Origin: Chiloscyllium plagiosum
Lineage: Eukaryota
Reading direction: 5' to 3'
Length of the DNA: 62,152 bases
NCBI RefSeq assembly: GCF_004010195.1
Contig: NC_057718.1
Location: 19,154,686 to 19,216,837, forward strand
The notes under the pieces are model-generated. The model ran no database searches and was not told where the DNA came from. It was given only the letters and a program-made list of their open reading frames with translations. Each line of letters opens with the position of its first letter. The first letter of the stretch is position 1. This document shows, one piece after another, positions 37,893 through 50,523 of the stretch. Made by a program: the position numbers and the translations under genes.

Positions 37893-39211
37893 GGTTTGCA
37901 CCATCATTGGGAGAGAACAAAGAATTGGGCACTGCAGCTAGGTAAACAGAGTTCGAGGATAGATCTCAGACGTAGTTAGTGCAGTATAATGGGTTAGACA
38001 AATTATGATGATATAGTTAGCAAAGTTAATCTGACATCAGCAGAGCCAAACAGTGTAGAGAGATAAGAAACATGGAAAGAGGGAGGTCTTAGACTTTACA
38101 CGAGGGAGTTGTAACTGTGGCGTACGAATGTAATCAACGATTGTTACAGTTCTGAAGAGAATGAGTGAACCTTAATTTGGTTTAAGTATGAACCAGGGAA
38201 TGGTCAAGGATGAAGAGGAGTGATAACTTCTCTTCATTAAGTGTATGCCAAGTCCTTCTTAGCCCAGAGGTACTTTGAAATAGTATTTAAGGATGCTCCT
38301 AAATACCTGTGTTCATGTGAGGCGTAGCCTAAAGCAGGAAGTCTCAAGCTTTTTTGGACAAGGAGGTATCAGGGAGTCTGGTTTGGGTTTGGGTTTGGGC
38401 ATTGGGTGAGAGAGGGCATTAAGAGGGTGGGGGGTGGAGTGTTGATTTTGTTACCCAGATGGGAAGTGACAAAGAGATGAGTAACATCTTGGGGAGGGAT
38501 GCCACGAATTTCACAGGGCACCACGTACCCCCACACACACACACACACATCCCAAACTACATACTCCACTTTCTAACCTGCTGCCACAGTAATCATTATT
38601 AAGGCAAGAACACTGCAATTTGGCTTAATAACAAGCTCAATTGCCCTTTAATTATTTTCTAAAACATAGCGATCTGAATTATCCCGCCTACTGTCTTATG
38701 GGTTCTGGATTGAGTTGGTGGGAAAGTGCAGTGATACGTTACCCCACTATTCCGCTCCACCCCCTCCCCCTACCGCCCACGCCCCCTCCATACTCATCTC
38801 AAAAATCCCAACATGTCTGGAATGGGGGCTGTAAAGTCTAGCCCAGGGTTTTTACAACAATCCAGTAGTTTCATGTCCACCATGACTGATCCTATTTTAT
38901 TCCAGATTTAGTTAATTAACTGACTTTAAATTGCCTGGATGCCATTGTCAGATTTGAATGCCAGCTCAGGGTCATAAGTTCAGGCCTGTGGGCTGCGAGT
39001 CCAGGACCATACATCCTGCACCATTGTATCCCTCACAGGAATATAAGAAGTAAAGGGTTAACACTTGACTATGTCAATGGGAAACAAAGTCAGTAGTGAT
39101 TCAATGGACCACATTCTGAGAGACTTTGAAGAGAGATTCAACAGTGTAGGCCTCATATTAGGTTTAAGTGCCTATCGTGATGAGGTAGTAAACTAACAGT
39201 TACTTTGAAAA

Positions 39212-39343
39212 TTCTGGATCAGTGGTGCTGGAAGAGCACAGCAATTCAGGCAGCATCCAAGGATGCTGCCTGAATTGCTGTGCTCTTCCAGCACCACTGA
39301 TCCAGAATCTGGTTTCCAGCATCTGCAGTCATTGTTTTTACCT
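39212..39343 (+). mobile_element. PLE pLTR-derived palindrome, family A2
   Basis: Perfect arms around a 2-nt aa loop; TSD agttactttgaaaa (39198-39211, 39344-39357); near-identical to 13079-13218. Confidence 0.9.
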
Positions 39344-40454
39344 AGTTACTTTGAAAAGACTATCAACTCCAGTAACCTCTCCTGAGTATTGTGTTCACCT
39401 TCATTCTTGACTGATCAACCACCAACAATGTTGACAATGACTGAGACATGCCACAGCAAGAAAAATCACCAGATGAACAACATGGCAACTGATGAAGAAA
39501 CAGCGCAGGCAGCAGGCTTTCGTGGGAGTACGTCTCAGAGCAGACCGTTCGACTCCCAGACTCTTCTCAGCATTGGGTTGTCCAGGACAGGCTGGGACAT
39601 GGCAGGACTGATGCAGATGATTCACTCAATACACAAACATTTCAGGGTGATCAGCAAAATCAAATAAGGGCGAGGTCGGTGCCCTACTCAATGCAATGGG
39701 CAACATTGCGAACAAACGTAAATAAACAAAGAGGCAGCTACTTAGCATGAGGTTGTTTAGTTTTCAATATATACTTCAGTTTTCAGGGTAATATAATCAT
39801 TGAGAGTGCAAACTTTAATGAACAAAAGCAAAAGCCAGGAGACAGCACTGATTTGTTTATCAATGACCGATATCACCAAGCAGATACCTACAAGTATGGG
39901 ACAATAATAGATTACCTGATCATGCAGGTCGGATCAAGGGCTTCGATGATACGACAACAGTGTCTCCTATTTCTGGGTCAGGAATGTCCAGGACAAAGTC
40001 ATACCTGCCCCAGATATGTGTCAAAATGTATCTTGAGCACGTTAATTTTAAAATATCTACAGATTTCCAGAAATATGTAACTACAACAAAGTGGTGCAAT
40101 TAGTGAGACAAGCTGGGTTACGGAAACAAAGTGGTGTCTTTACTCAAGGTGATAGAGAGGTCTTTTGGAAAAAAAGACAAAACATTATGTTGGGCACAAA
40201 AGAACACCAAAATTTGTTGTAATAATGGTAAAAATGGACGACTACTTTCCAACTTCAGTGATCTGATTTTTAATAATTTGGACATTTCCTGCACTAAATG
40301 TTCTCAAAAAGGAAAAGCATTAGCTTTGGATGGCTACAGTGATCATGACAGGACAAGGTGATGTGTTACAGTTTCAGCATGTGGGGGTTTCCTGGATGCC
40401 AGTTTCGTCGAATAACTTTGGTAAGAGAATGCAAGGAGGTTACAAAGGATATAG

Positions 40455-40740
40455 ATATCATAGATTACCTACAGTGTGGAAACAGGCCCTCGGCCCAACA
40501 AGTCCACACCAACCCTCGGAAGAGTATCCAACCCAAACCCATTCCCCTACTCTATTAATCTACATTTACCCCTCACTAACACACCCTTGAACATGATGGA
40601 CAATTTAGCATGGCCAATTCACCTAACCTGCACATCTTTGGATTGTAGGAGGAAACACACAGGGAGAATGTGCAAACTCCACACAGTCACCCGAGGTGCT
40701 GTGAGGCAGCCATGCTAACAACTGAGTCACCATGCTGCCT
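40455..40740 (-). mobile_element. HE1 V-SINE with internal deletions
   Basis: cagtgtggaaacaggccc...cctgcacatctttgg...tgcaaactccacacag...gctgtgaggcagc. Confidence 0.85.
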
Positions 40741-40990
40741 ATGTTAAGTGAGTAGATAACAATGGGGCAAATAGAGTTTACTACAGGAAGTAGTAAAATT
40801 ATCCGTTTTGGCAAGAAGCATAAAAGCATATTATCTAAATAGTGAGAGATTACAGAGCTGTGAAATGCAGAGGGATCTGGGTATCCTTGTACATGAATCA
40901 CAAAAGATCAGTCAGCAATTACAGTAAGTAATTAGAAATGTCGATGGAATGTAATCATTTATCACCAGGAGAATTGATTACAAAAAGAGG
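40740..40990 (+). mobile_element. CR1 ORF2 fragment
   Basis: gcagagggatctgggtatccttgtacatgaatcacaaaa encodes QRDLGILVHES. Confidence 0.7.
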
Positions 40991-40992
40991 GA

Positions 40993-41292
40993 TCAGAAAC
41001 AAAATCAGAAATTGCTGCAAAATCTCAGTAGATCTGGCAGCACCTGTGGAAAAAAAGCAGAGTTAATGCTTCAGGTCTAGTGACCCTTCTTCAGAGCTGA
41101 TTGTAGCTAGGAAGTGGCCGGTATATATGTTGAATGCAGGATTGGGGGAGTGAGAATGTCTAGTTTGTGATGACAAGGTGTGGTGTGTCGGGTATGGGGT
41201 AAGGACATGGGAGAAGGTGCTCAGGCCATTAAATTATTGAACTCAGATATTGAGTCCTGAAGGCTGCAGGGTCCCCAAGCAGAAAAGGAGGC
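40993..41292 (-). mobile_element. PLE 3' end, family C, with the GIY-YIG C-terminal remnant
   Basis: Minus LLFCLGTLQPSGLNI, followed by CTGAAGA-a-gggtc-acta-gacct-GAAG. Confidence 0.75.
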
Positions 41293-41576
41293 AAGTTAAG
41301 AATGCAAAGATTCCAATTCAGTGCAATGAGATACATTATAACACTATTACAAAATACGTTCAGGAAAAGCATCAAACCAAAGGGGAAAAATTGTCAAGCA
41401 TACCAACAGCAAACAGGTGCAGCAAGTCAGAAACTTCACTAAGAAATACAGTCGTTAGCATCCTTGTTTACTTGCAAGAGGAAGAAAACTACAGAAAATC
41501 AGACAGACACAGAAAAATAAACTCTCAGCAGAGGTAGGGGGTGGGAGGGGAAATGAAGAACATAATGATCAATGTA

Positions 41577-41883
41577 GGCGGCACGGCGGCACAGTGGTTA
41601 GCACAGCTGCCTCACAGCGCCAGAGACCCAGGTTCAATTCCCGCCTCAGGCGACTGACTGTGTGGAGTTTGCACGTTCTCCCCGTGTGTGCGTGGGTTTC
41701 CTCCGGGTGCTTCGGTTTCCTCCCACAGTCCAAAGATGTGCAGGTCAGGTGAATTAGCCATGCTAAATTGCCCGTAGTGTTAGGTAAGGGGTAAATGTAG
41801 GGGTATGGGTGGGTTACGCTTCGGCGGGTCGGTGTGGACTTGTTGGGCCGAAGGGCCTGTTTCCACACTGTAATCTAATCTAA
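41577..41883 (+). mobile_element. HE1 V-SINE, full length, very young
   Basis: CpG-rich, with intact head, V-domain and (taatc)n tail; aatgt duplication. Confidence 0.95.
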
Positions 41884-41884
41884 T

Positions 41885-42085
41885 GTGAGTGTCACTGGCT
41901 GGGTCAACATTTGTTACCCATCATTAATTGACCTGTAACTGTGCAGCTTGGAGGTTCAGCCACGAGTAGGCCAGACCAGGTTAGGAGAGCTATTTCCTTC
42001 CCAAAAGAACATTAGTGAACCAAATGGGTGTTTATAACAATTAGAAATAATTTCATTGTCACCATCACTGAGACTACCTTTCAAC
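41885..42085 (-). mobile_element. tRNA-head SINE with CR1-like tail, fragment
   Basis: gtaggccagaccagg...acattagtgaaccaaatggg. Confidence 0.6.
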
Positions 42086-42477
42086 TACATTACTGTCTCC
42101 CCGTCAGTGTTCTGGATAGTGTTTTAGCCTTAACCAATGTCACTCAAAGCAGCAAAGTAACTGGGTCGTATTGTTTGTAATGTCACATGCCTGTTGCATT
42201 TATCTGGCCAACAATGTTTGCTGCTGCTCAAAAATTAAGTCACCACACAAAGCATTCTGAGAAATATCCTCATGATAACCATACAGTTCATCAAATCCTA
42301 AGATGGAACCACAGATTGGTTACTGAACCACAGGAGGATACTCAACCTATCAAACCCAGACAGGCTTTCTGCACAAGTACTTTAGTTAGTCCCAGCCCCC
42401 TGTCATTGGCTCCCAGAGCAGTGGCCTTTTATTATAATAGCTTTGGAATCTATTGATCATAGCAAATTTGGTGTATC

Positions 42478-42735
42478 AAGTCTGCTCCAACCCTCCAAAG
42501 AACATCTCACACAGACCCCACCCTATTCCTACAACCCTACATTTCCCGGGGATAATCCACCTGCACACTACAAGACATTTTAGCATAGTCAGTGCGCCTA
42601 ACCTGCACATCTTTAGGCTGTGGGAGGAAACTGGAGCACCCGGAGGAAACCCACACAGACAGTTGACAGAGGCTGGATTTGAACCCAGGTCCCTGGCGCT
42701 GTGAGGCTGAAGCACTAACCACTGGGCCCCTGTGA
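42478..42735 (-). mobile_element. HE1 V-SINE, older subfamily
   Basis: cctgcacatctttaggctgtgggaggaaactggagcacccggagg...ctggcgctgtgaggc. Confidence 0.85.
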
Positions 42736-44104
42736 TCCTGAGTTAAACTCAGTATTTTGTTGTCCTCCTTGGATCATTCCTCTGAAAAAGTTTGAATGAA
42801 AGAAATTTGTGGAACTATTGTGTTCAAAAGACAATGGTGGAACTGGAGCAGCTTGTAAACATCTACTGCACTAAGTCAGCAGCACTGCTTCCACTTCAAA
42901 ACCTGATAAAAAAACAACATGTGGTGAAAAGCAGCATTTTTAAACCCAGGATTTATATATTGTAATTGGTGCTTTTGCAATGGGATCTATTTTTCAGTCT
43001 GATGTAATTCCAAACAATTTTTCGTAAACTATTTTTATTTCTTAGCTCAGAATGAACTAAGCTTTTTGAACTGAAAATGACTCATCCACCATCTTGTGTG
43101 CATTTGAAAAATAGCACTTCAACATTATTGGGAATGAAGACGTGAAAATGGGAAACACAAACACATCAGTATTCAGACCACCCATGACCATTCACTTCCC
43201 AGGACTTTTACAATCTCATTCGCTTCCTTTTTGCTCCTTTTTGTAACTCAAGCTCTGCCATCTTATCAAGCTTTGTCCACTAGGACTGAGATCAGTCCTT
43301 CTCCCTGTTAAGTGTCTCTGCTCCTCAGCTGCCTTTCCCACTTGTTCACCCCTTGTTGAGCCTCCCGTATGCCCAGACACTCAAAAAACAAAGAACAGTA
43401 CAGCACAGGAATAGGCTCTTTGGCCCATCAAGTCTGCACTGACTGATGGTGGCTTTCTAAATCAGAAACCTTTTGTCTCTAGGCAGTCTATATCTGTCTA
43501 TTCCCTGCTTATTCATTTATCTGTCACGATGCCTCTTAAACATTGTTATTGTATCCAACTCCACCATCTCCTCTGGCAGCACATTCCAGGCACTGAGCAC
43601 CCTCTGTATAAAAAGCCTGCCTCTCACATCTCCTTCAAACATTACCCCTTTTACCTTGAACCTATGTCTCTGAGTAACTAACATTTCTACCCTGGGAAAA
43701 AGACACCGACGATGCATTCTACAAATTTCTCTCAGAACTTTGTAAGTTTCCATCAGGTCATTCTCCTCCTTTGAAGTTCAAGTGAAAACAAAGCAAGTTT
43801 TTCCAATCTCTCCCTCCAAACAGGCAATATCCTGGTAAACGTTTTCTGTACCCTCGCCAAAGTCTCCACATCCTTCTGGTAGTGTGGCAACCAGAACTGT
43901 ACACAAAATTCCAGATGTGGCCAAAATAAAAGTTCTATACAGTTGCAACATGACTCACCAATTTTTACACTCTATGCCCAGACAGATGAAGGCAAGTCTG
44001 CTCTTTGCTTTCTTGACCACTTTATCCACTTTCAGGGAACCATGGAACAGTACACTTGGATCCCTCTGTTTGTTGATGGTCCTAAGGGTTCTGCCATTTA
44101 CTGT

Positions 44105-44326
44105 GGGGAGAAAGTGAGGTCTGCAGATGCTGGAGATCAAAGTTGAAACTTTATTGCTGGAACAGCACAGCAGGTCAGGCAGCATCCAGGGAACAGGAGA
44201 TTCGACGTTTCGGGCACAGGCCCTTCTTCAGGCATTCCTGAAGAAGGGCCTGTGCCCGAAACGTCGAATCTCCTGTTCCCTGGATGCTGCCTGACCTGCT
44301 GTGCTGTTCCAGCAATAAAGTTTCAA
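44105..44326. mobile_element. PLE pLTR-derived perfect palindrome, family A3, with a hammerhead on each strand
   Basis: 92 bp arms (44141-44232, 44237-44328) around a catt loop; TSD ctgccatttactgt (44091-44104, 44327-44340). Confidence 0.93.
44234..44269 (+). ncRNA. Complete minimal type I hammerhead ribozyme
   Basis: attc-CTGAAGA-a-GGGC-ctgt-GCCC-GAAA-C-GTC/gaat: stem I attc/gaat, 4-bp stem II, palindromic ACGT stem III; predicted cleavage after 44265. Confidence 0.8.
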
Positions 44327-44702
44327 CTGCCATTTACTGTACACTTCTCTCTTGCATTAGATCTTCTAAAATGCATCAACTCACATTTGTCTGAATTAAA
44401 TTCCACTTGCCATTTCTCAGCACAAGTCTCCAACCTTCTGTATCCTCTGGCAATCTTCCTTACTATCCAGAGCTCCCGCAAACTTTGTGTCATGCACAAA
44501 CCCCCTAATCAGATCACCTACATTCTCCTCCAAATCATTTATATCAGTCTCAGCTCTCAGCTTACACATAAAATCTAACCATCTCCCCTTTACATTCAAC
44601 AGCAGCACAACTGCTTCTATGTACCTTACTCCCAACCAGCAACATCCTAAAATCATACTGAATGGTAGAGCAAGCTCAAAGAGCCAACCGGCCTCGTCCT
44701 TT

Positions 44703-45150
44703 GGGTGGTATGGTGGCTCAGCAGTTAGCACTGCTGCCTCAGAGCACCAGGAGCCTGGGTTCAATTCCAGCCTCAGGCAACTGCTTGTGTGGAGTTTGCA
44801 CATTCTCCCCATGTCTCTGTGGGTTTTCTCCCACAGTCCAAGGATGTACAGGTAATGTGGACTGGCCATGCAAAATTGCCGATAGTGCACGGGTTAGGGA
44901 TGATTGGTAGTGCTAAATTACCCATAGTGCCCAGGGATGTGCAGGTTCAGGAGGATTGGCCAGGCTAAATTACCCATAGTGTGCAGGTTAGAGAGGATTG
45001 GCTGTGCTAAATTACCCTAGCTCCCCAGGGATGTGGATTAGTCATGAGAAATGCAGGGTTACAGGATCTGGGTGGGATGTTCTTCAGAGGATTGATGTGG
45101 ACTTGATGGGCTGAATGGCCCCTACCACAGTGTAAGGATTCTACGATTCC
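44703..45150 (+). mobile_element. HE1 V-SINE with an amplified internal tandem unit
   Basis: Head and V-domain intact; about 4-5 copies of gattggc..tgctaaattacccatagtg..gcaggtta at 44855-45060. Confidence 0.88.
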
Positions 45151-45172
45151 TGCTCCTATTTTCTTTTGTATG

Positions 45173-45542
45173 ATTACCATTGACTAGAAATTTAACAGAA
45201 TGGGTATAGCCAGATAGATATGTAGCTACAAAAGAAGAATAAAGGTGAGCATTGTAAGGTGAGTATATTCACTTCCTGACTCCCCAGTGCCTGTGCATTA
45301 CCTACAGGGCATAGTTTAGGATTGTGGTGGAACGCTCCCCACTTGCTTGGATGAGTGCAGTTCCATTACCATTGACTAGAAATTTAACAGAATGAGTATA
45401 GCCAGATAGATATGTAGCTACAAAAGAAGAATAAAGGTGAGCATATTCACTTCCTGACTCCCCAGTGCCTGTGCATTACCTACAGGGCATAGTTTAGGAT
45501 TGTGGTGGAACGCTCCCCACTTGCTTGGATGAGTGCAGTTCC
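45173..45542 (+). repeat. Tandem duplication (192 + 178 bp)
   Basis: attaccattgactagaa...gatgagtgcagttcc occurs twice; the copies differ by a 14 bp indel and about one substitution. Confidence 0.95.
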
Positions 45543-46810
45543 AAAGTACTCAAGACGCTTGGCATCATTAGGACAATCAGCCCTCGTGTTTGGCATCTTA
45601 AACATTCACCAGCTTCACCAGCGGCACAGAGTGGCAGCAGCATGAACTGGCCACAAAATGCACTCAACTAACTCACCAAGGCTCTTTCCAGAGCACTTTC
45701 TGAACCCACAATCTTTACCACATGGAAGCGAAAGGTATTTGTTTATAGGAGGATGTGAATGGAACAAGTCAGAAGGACAGATCTGTGGAAGATGCAATTG
45801 AACCGTGATAAACATGAGGTGATGCACTTCAGAAGAAAGGACAAGGCAAGGGAGTACTCCAATGAATGGCAAGAAACTAGGAAGCTCAGAGGAACAGAGT
45901 GATCTTGGGGAGCTTGTCCACAGATCCCTGAAGATAGCTGGACAGGGTAATAGGGTAGTTAAGAAGGCATACATTATGCTTGCCTTTATCAGTCAATGGC
46001 ATAGGTTATAAGAGCAGGGACGGCATATTGGAGCTGTACAGAACTTTGGGTAAGCCCCAGCTGGAGTACAATGTGCAATTCTGGTCATCACAGGATAGGA
46101 AGGATGTGAGGAAATGTAAAGGAGATTCACCAGGATGCTGCCTGGGATGGGGCATTCAGCTGTGAAGAGAGAGCGGAAGAGTTTGGGTTGTTTTCTTTGG
46201 AGCACAGAAGGTTGAGAAGGGCCCTGACTGAAGCATGTAAGATAATGAGGAGCATAGACAGGGTTAGTAGAAAGCAGCTATTCCCCTCAGTCAAAAGGTG
46301 AATAACAAGGGGGCATAGGTTTTAAAATGAAAGGCTGGAGGATTTGAGGGAATTGAAGATAAACCTTTTCACCCGGAGGGTGGTCTGAATCTGGGATGCA
46401 ATACATAGGAGGGTAGTTGAGGCAGGAAACCTCACAACCTTTAGAAAATACATGGACGAGCACTTGAAGTGTCATAACATTCAAGGCTTTGGGCCTAGTG
46501 TGGGAAAGTTGGATTAGTATAGGTAGGAGTATAGTTTTGGCTGTACAGACTTGGTGGACCAAAGAGCCTTTTCTGTCCTATATGATTGCATGATGGAGGA
46601 ACCTTATCACCTGCACGTTTCCCTCAATGTCATAGACCATCCTGACGTTGAACTCTATCACCGTTCCTTCACTATATCCGGGTCAAAATCCTGGAACTCC
46701 CTTCCCAATAGTGCCGTATGGACTACAACAGTTCACCACTACCTTCTCAAGCTCAGCTGGAACAGGCAGCAAGTACCATCCTTGCATCAGAACTCGCATC
46801 TCATAAATGA
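45175..46810 (+). mobile_element. Second-family CR1-clade LINE 3' end, split by a nested CR1 at ~45770-46590
   Basis: Homologous to 13940-14500 before 45735 and after 46590; the insert has LYRTLGKPQLEYNVQFWS and a CR1 tail. Confidence 0.78.
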
Positions 46811-46839
46811 ACAAAAAAACCACAGTATAAAGTGTCATG

Positions 46840-47530
46840 ATCATAGCCAGTAACATTCCTGCCACACAGTTGCCTTGCTATGACCATCATCAATAAGAAA
46901 CAATCTAACCACTGCCCTTGACATTCAATGGTGTTACCATCACTGAATCCTCCATTACCATTGACCAGAAGCTCACCTGGACTCATCTCATAAACACAGT
47001 GGCTAAAAGAGCAGGTCAGAAACTAGGAAATCCCTGGCAAGTCACCTCCTGACCCTCCAAACTCTGTCCGCCATCTACAGGGCACAATTGAAGAATGTGA
47101 AGGACTATTCCCTATTTGCCTGGATGGGTGCAGCCCAAACAAGCTTGACATCCAGGACAAAACAGCCTGCTTGATTGGCATTATATTCACAAGCATCCAC
47201 TCCCTCTACTACCAATGTTCAGTAGCAGCGATGTGGCAGGAAACCTCAAGATGCACTGCAAAAATTCACCAAAGGATCCTCAGACAGCACCTTCAAAACC
47301 TACAACCACTTACATCTAGAAGGACAAGGGCAGCAGATATATGGGAATACCACAATGTGCAGGTTCTCCTCCAAGCTTCTCACCATCCTGACTTGGAAAT
47401 ATATTGCTGTTTCTTCACTGTTGCTGGGTCAAAATCAGGGAATTCCCTCCCTAAGGGCATTGTGGGTCAACCCACAGCAGGTGGGCTGCAGCGGTTCAAA
47501 AAGGCAGCTCACCACCACCATGAATGAATA
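46840..47530 (+). mobile_element. Second-family CR1-clade LINE 3' end
   Basis: ccattgaccagaagctcacctggac...ccaggacaaaacagcctgcttgattggc...gcagctcaccaccacc. Confidence 0.8.
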
Positions 47531-47971
47531 AACAGCAAATGCACTCATGGCCCTGGGGAGGAGGAAGGCCAATCTGTGCACCACCCTGTTACCATGCCCA
47601 CAATGTGAGGCTCCAATATCCCTTGGTCTGTTATGATGTCAACTGTCAGGACCATATAACATAGTGAGAGGCCACTCAGCCCATTTATGGTTGTGCCAGC
47701 CCTTTTCAGAGCCAACTACCTTTATTGCAAATGTGTCTGCCCGTGAACCATATTTCTCATTAACCTTTAACAGAGACATCAATCTCTCCTCACTCTCTAA
47801 ATGAGAGATTTAAATTGTAAACCAAATTGTCAAGTCGGTAGCACCAATGTCAAAGTTATGACAAGCACCACAAAATACTTCATCCTGTCATTACTTTATG
47901 ACTTAGTTTACAGACAGCAATATGAGCTACTGCTGACTGACAGGATTTAGAGGTTTGTCTGTGGCATCACA

Positions 47972-47975
47972 GATA

Positions 47976-48009
<34 letters not shown>
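47972..48009. repeat. (GAT)n microsatellite
   Basis: About 11 perfect gat units. Confidence 0.95.
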
Positions 48010-48362
48010 CGTAGCTTGGAGGTGCTCCACCTTAGCAAGACTCTCCTTTTACTTTTCCTCTCCGCTGTTCCATTGTAAAAAGCCAAATCCCAACTCTGGC
48101 AATTTTCCACCAACAATGCTGTTGTGAAAGAGGGTTAAAGGAAATATGAGAATGCAAGCAAGGATCACAGGGTGAGAGGAGGTGGGATGCAATGGATATC
48201 AGACTTCAAACAGCTGTCTAATGGGTTTGGAAAATCTGCAGGGTGAAATAGAAGATATTACAAAATTCTAATTTAAACCATTCACGCAAGAAAGATTTCC
48301 GATTGCTATTGTATCTTCTAGTCCAGGCTATCTCGAAATTTTCTTGGTTGAATGAGCCATAC

Positions 48363-48860
48363 AGTCATCAAGTCATAGAGATGTGCAGCACGGAAACAGA
48401 CCCTTTAGTCCAACTCGTCCATTCTGAGTAGATACCCTAATTTAATCTAGTCCTATTTGCCAGCACTCAGCCAATATCCCTCTAAACACTTTCTATTCAT
48501 ATACCCAGCCAGATGCCTTTTAAATGTTGTAATTGTACCAGCCTCCAGCACTTCCTCTGGCAGCTCATTCCATACATGTACCACCTTCTGAGTGAAAAAG
48601 TGGCCCCTTAGGTCCCTTTTAAATCTTTTCCCTCTCACCTTAAACCTATGCTCTCTATTTAGACTCCGCTATCCTGGCAAAAAGATCTTGGTTATTCACC
48701 CTAACCACGCCCCTCATAATTTTATAAACCTCAATAAGGTCACCCTTCAGCCTCCGATGCTCCAGGGAAAACAGCCCCAGCTAATTCAACCTCTCCCTAT
48801 AACTCAAACTTTCCAATCACGGAAACATCCTTGTAAATCTTTTCTGAACCCTTTCAAGCT
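48363..48860 (-). mobile_element. HER1/CR1 LINE 3' end
   Basis: Minus ORF FKRDLRGHFFTQKVVHVWNELPEEV. Confidence 0.9.
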
Positions 48861-49175
48861 TCACCCTTCTCACTGGATTAGTAAAAAATCCACCTTAGCC
48901 CCCAAACCCAGCACACCTTCTATGTTGTACAATTATATAATATTAATGATATAGAGCTGTAGAGGGTTACAGCCCATTGGCATCTCAGCTGGTCAAAAGC
49001 AACCAAGATTCAAATTCCATCTTGTATGACATCACAAGTGTACATCTGAGTACTTCTTAACTGTTTGGAGGGTTTCTGCTCTCCCATCTTTACAGGGGGT
49101 AGTGAGTTCCAAGATCCCACCACCCTCTGGGTGAAAGAGATTTCCTCACGTCCCCTCTAAACCTCCTGCTCCTTT

Positions 49176-50037
49176 GATAGAAATGCTGCATGTACATTTA
49201 ACAAACCTTGATGAAAACAGAGAGAGCTTTTTTGTTTGTGTGAGTTCTATATTGTACGTTTGGGCTTGGTTTTTACGTTAGTAACCCATGAGTTCTCTGA
49301 GTGTTTGAAGTTAATAATGAACTCAAATATTTCTGTAGCCATAGTGATATATTTTAAAATAGTTTTTGAGACCTGGCTTTGGAGTGAATAGGTTTGTTTG
49401 CACCACAAATGGATTTTCTGGTTACTTTAGATTGTTTTGCAACTCAGCAATGTAACTAATGGGGCATGAGAATTGTTAGATAATGCCAGAACCTATAGCT
49501 GAGAGAGGGAGGATGTTGGTTTCGGTTTTACTTCGGGTTTTGGGCAGTCCGGTGTAGTGGTTGGAAGAGGATAGCTGAATAGGTTAGTTCTCCTGTGAAG
49601 ACAAGGATGTATAGTGAACTAGGTTAGTTTAGAGTGAAGAGTTAGGACTGGTCCCAGACCAAAATTGTTGGGATAAAATTCTGAAGAGTTACTTAAAGCT
49701 GAGTACAATTAAGCTCAGTTGTGTGGTACCTCCAAGAAGAATTTGCAGTTCCATTATGAATTTGAGGTTGGAAGTCAGTAAAACTTACTGAGTTATGAGA
49801 TACAACAACTCTCAAGTGAATAGTCTACAAGTGGCATTTTGGATAAGATGTAAAAAATGTTTGGTCTCTTTTCAATTTAAAAGGTGTGTTTGTTTGCTTG
49901 TTTCATTTATTGTTGTCACATGTACTAAGGTACAGTGAAAAGTGTTGTTTTGCATGCTATACAGGCAGATCATAGTAGCCATATGCCAGAGTAGCAGAAC
50001 AGATTGCAAAATACAGAGTTACAGCCACTGAGAAGGT

Positions 50038-50068
<31 letters not shown>

Positions 50069-50523
50069 TCAGAATGAGGTTACACTTTTTACTACATATT
50101 TAAAAATCTTTGAGTTTGTGTTATGAGTAGATAGTTTGATTATTGTGTTTTATCTTAATTTCTTATGTCAATATTTGAGTGGTGCTGAAAAAGCACAACA
50201 GGTCAGGAAGTGTCCGGGGAGCAGGAAAATCATTCTTGATGAAGGACCTTTGCCCGAAACATTGATTTTCCTGCTCCTCGGATGCTGCTGACCTGCTGTG
50301 CTTTTCCAGCATCACTCTGATCTTGACTCGGATCTCCAGCGTCTGCAGTATCACTTCTGCCTTATGTCAATTTTTTGTAGTATCATTAAGGCAAATTCTG
50401 CAACATCGCATGCTCATGTTTCAGTGGAATAGCACTTCATTAAAATCCAAACAAATCAAAATGTGATCTGTCCAGTCTGAGATTTGACTTATCTGATGAT
50501 AATATTGGCTGGGATTAGTAACA
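49176..50523 (+). mobile_element. Probable solo LTR with nested inserts (LINE tail and (GA)n at 49895-50070; PLE at 50173-50360)
   Basis: Starts tga.. at the break of a CR1 fragment and ends gggattagtaaca, an LTR-like terminus resembling 37892. Confidence 0.35.
50173..50360 (+). mobile_element. PLE family A hairpin with a decayed hammerhead
   Basis: TSD cttatgtcaat (50162-50172, 50361-50371); ttgatgaaggacctttgcccgaaac. Confidence 0.85.

Larger units (their letters stand above)
43383..44545 (-). mobile_element. CR1 LINE 3' region with a nested PLE palindrome
   Basis: Tail aacaaagaacagtacagcacaggaatagg; minus ORFs LFIQRVLSAWNVLPEEMVE and DINDLEENV..FVHDTK. Confidence 0.88.

Noticed and set aside
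38378..38400. Telomere-like (GGGTTT)n
   Set aside because: Only about 3-4 units, and not the vertebrate TTAGGG repeat.
39389..39667. 92-aa ORF and a ctgatga motif at 39489
   Set aside because: No recognisable domain or splice support, and no stem II before gaaa, so it is not a hammerhead.
42800..42920. Good minus-strand acceptors (ttttttatcag, ctttttcag)
   Set aside because: No convincing downstream donor, and the frames close quickly.
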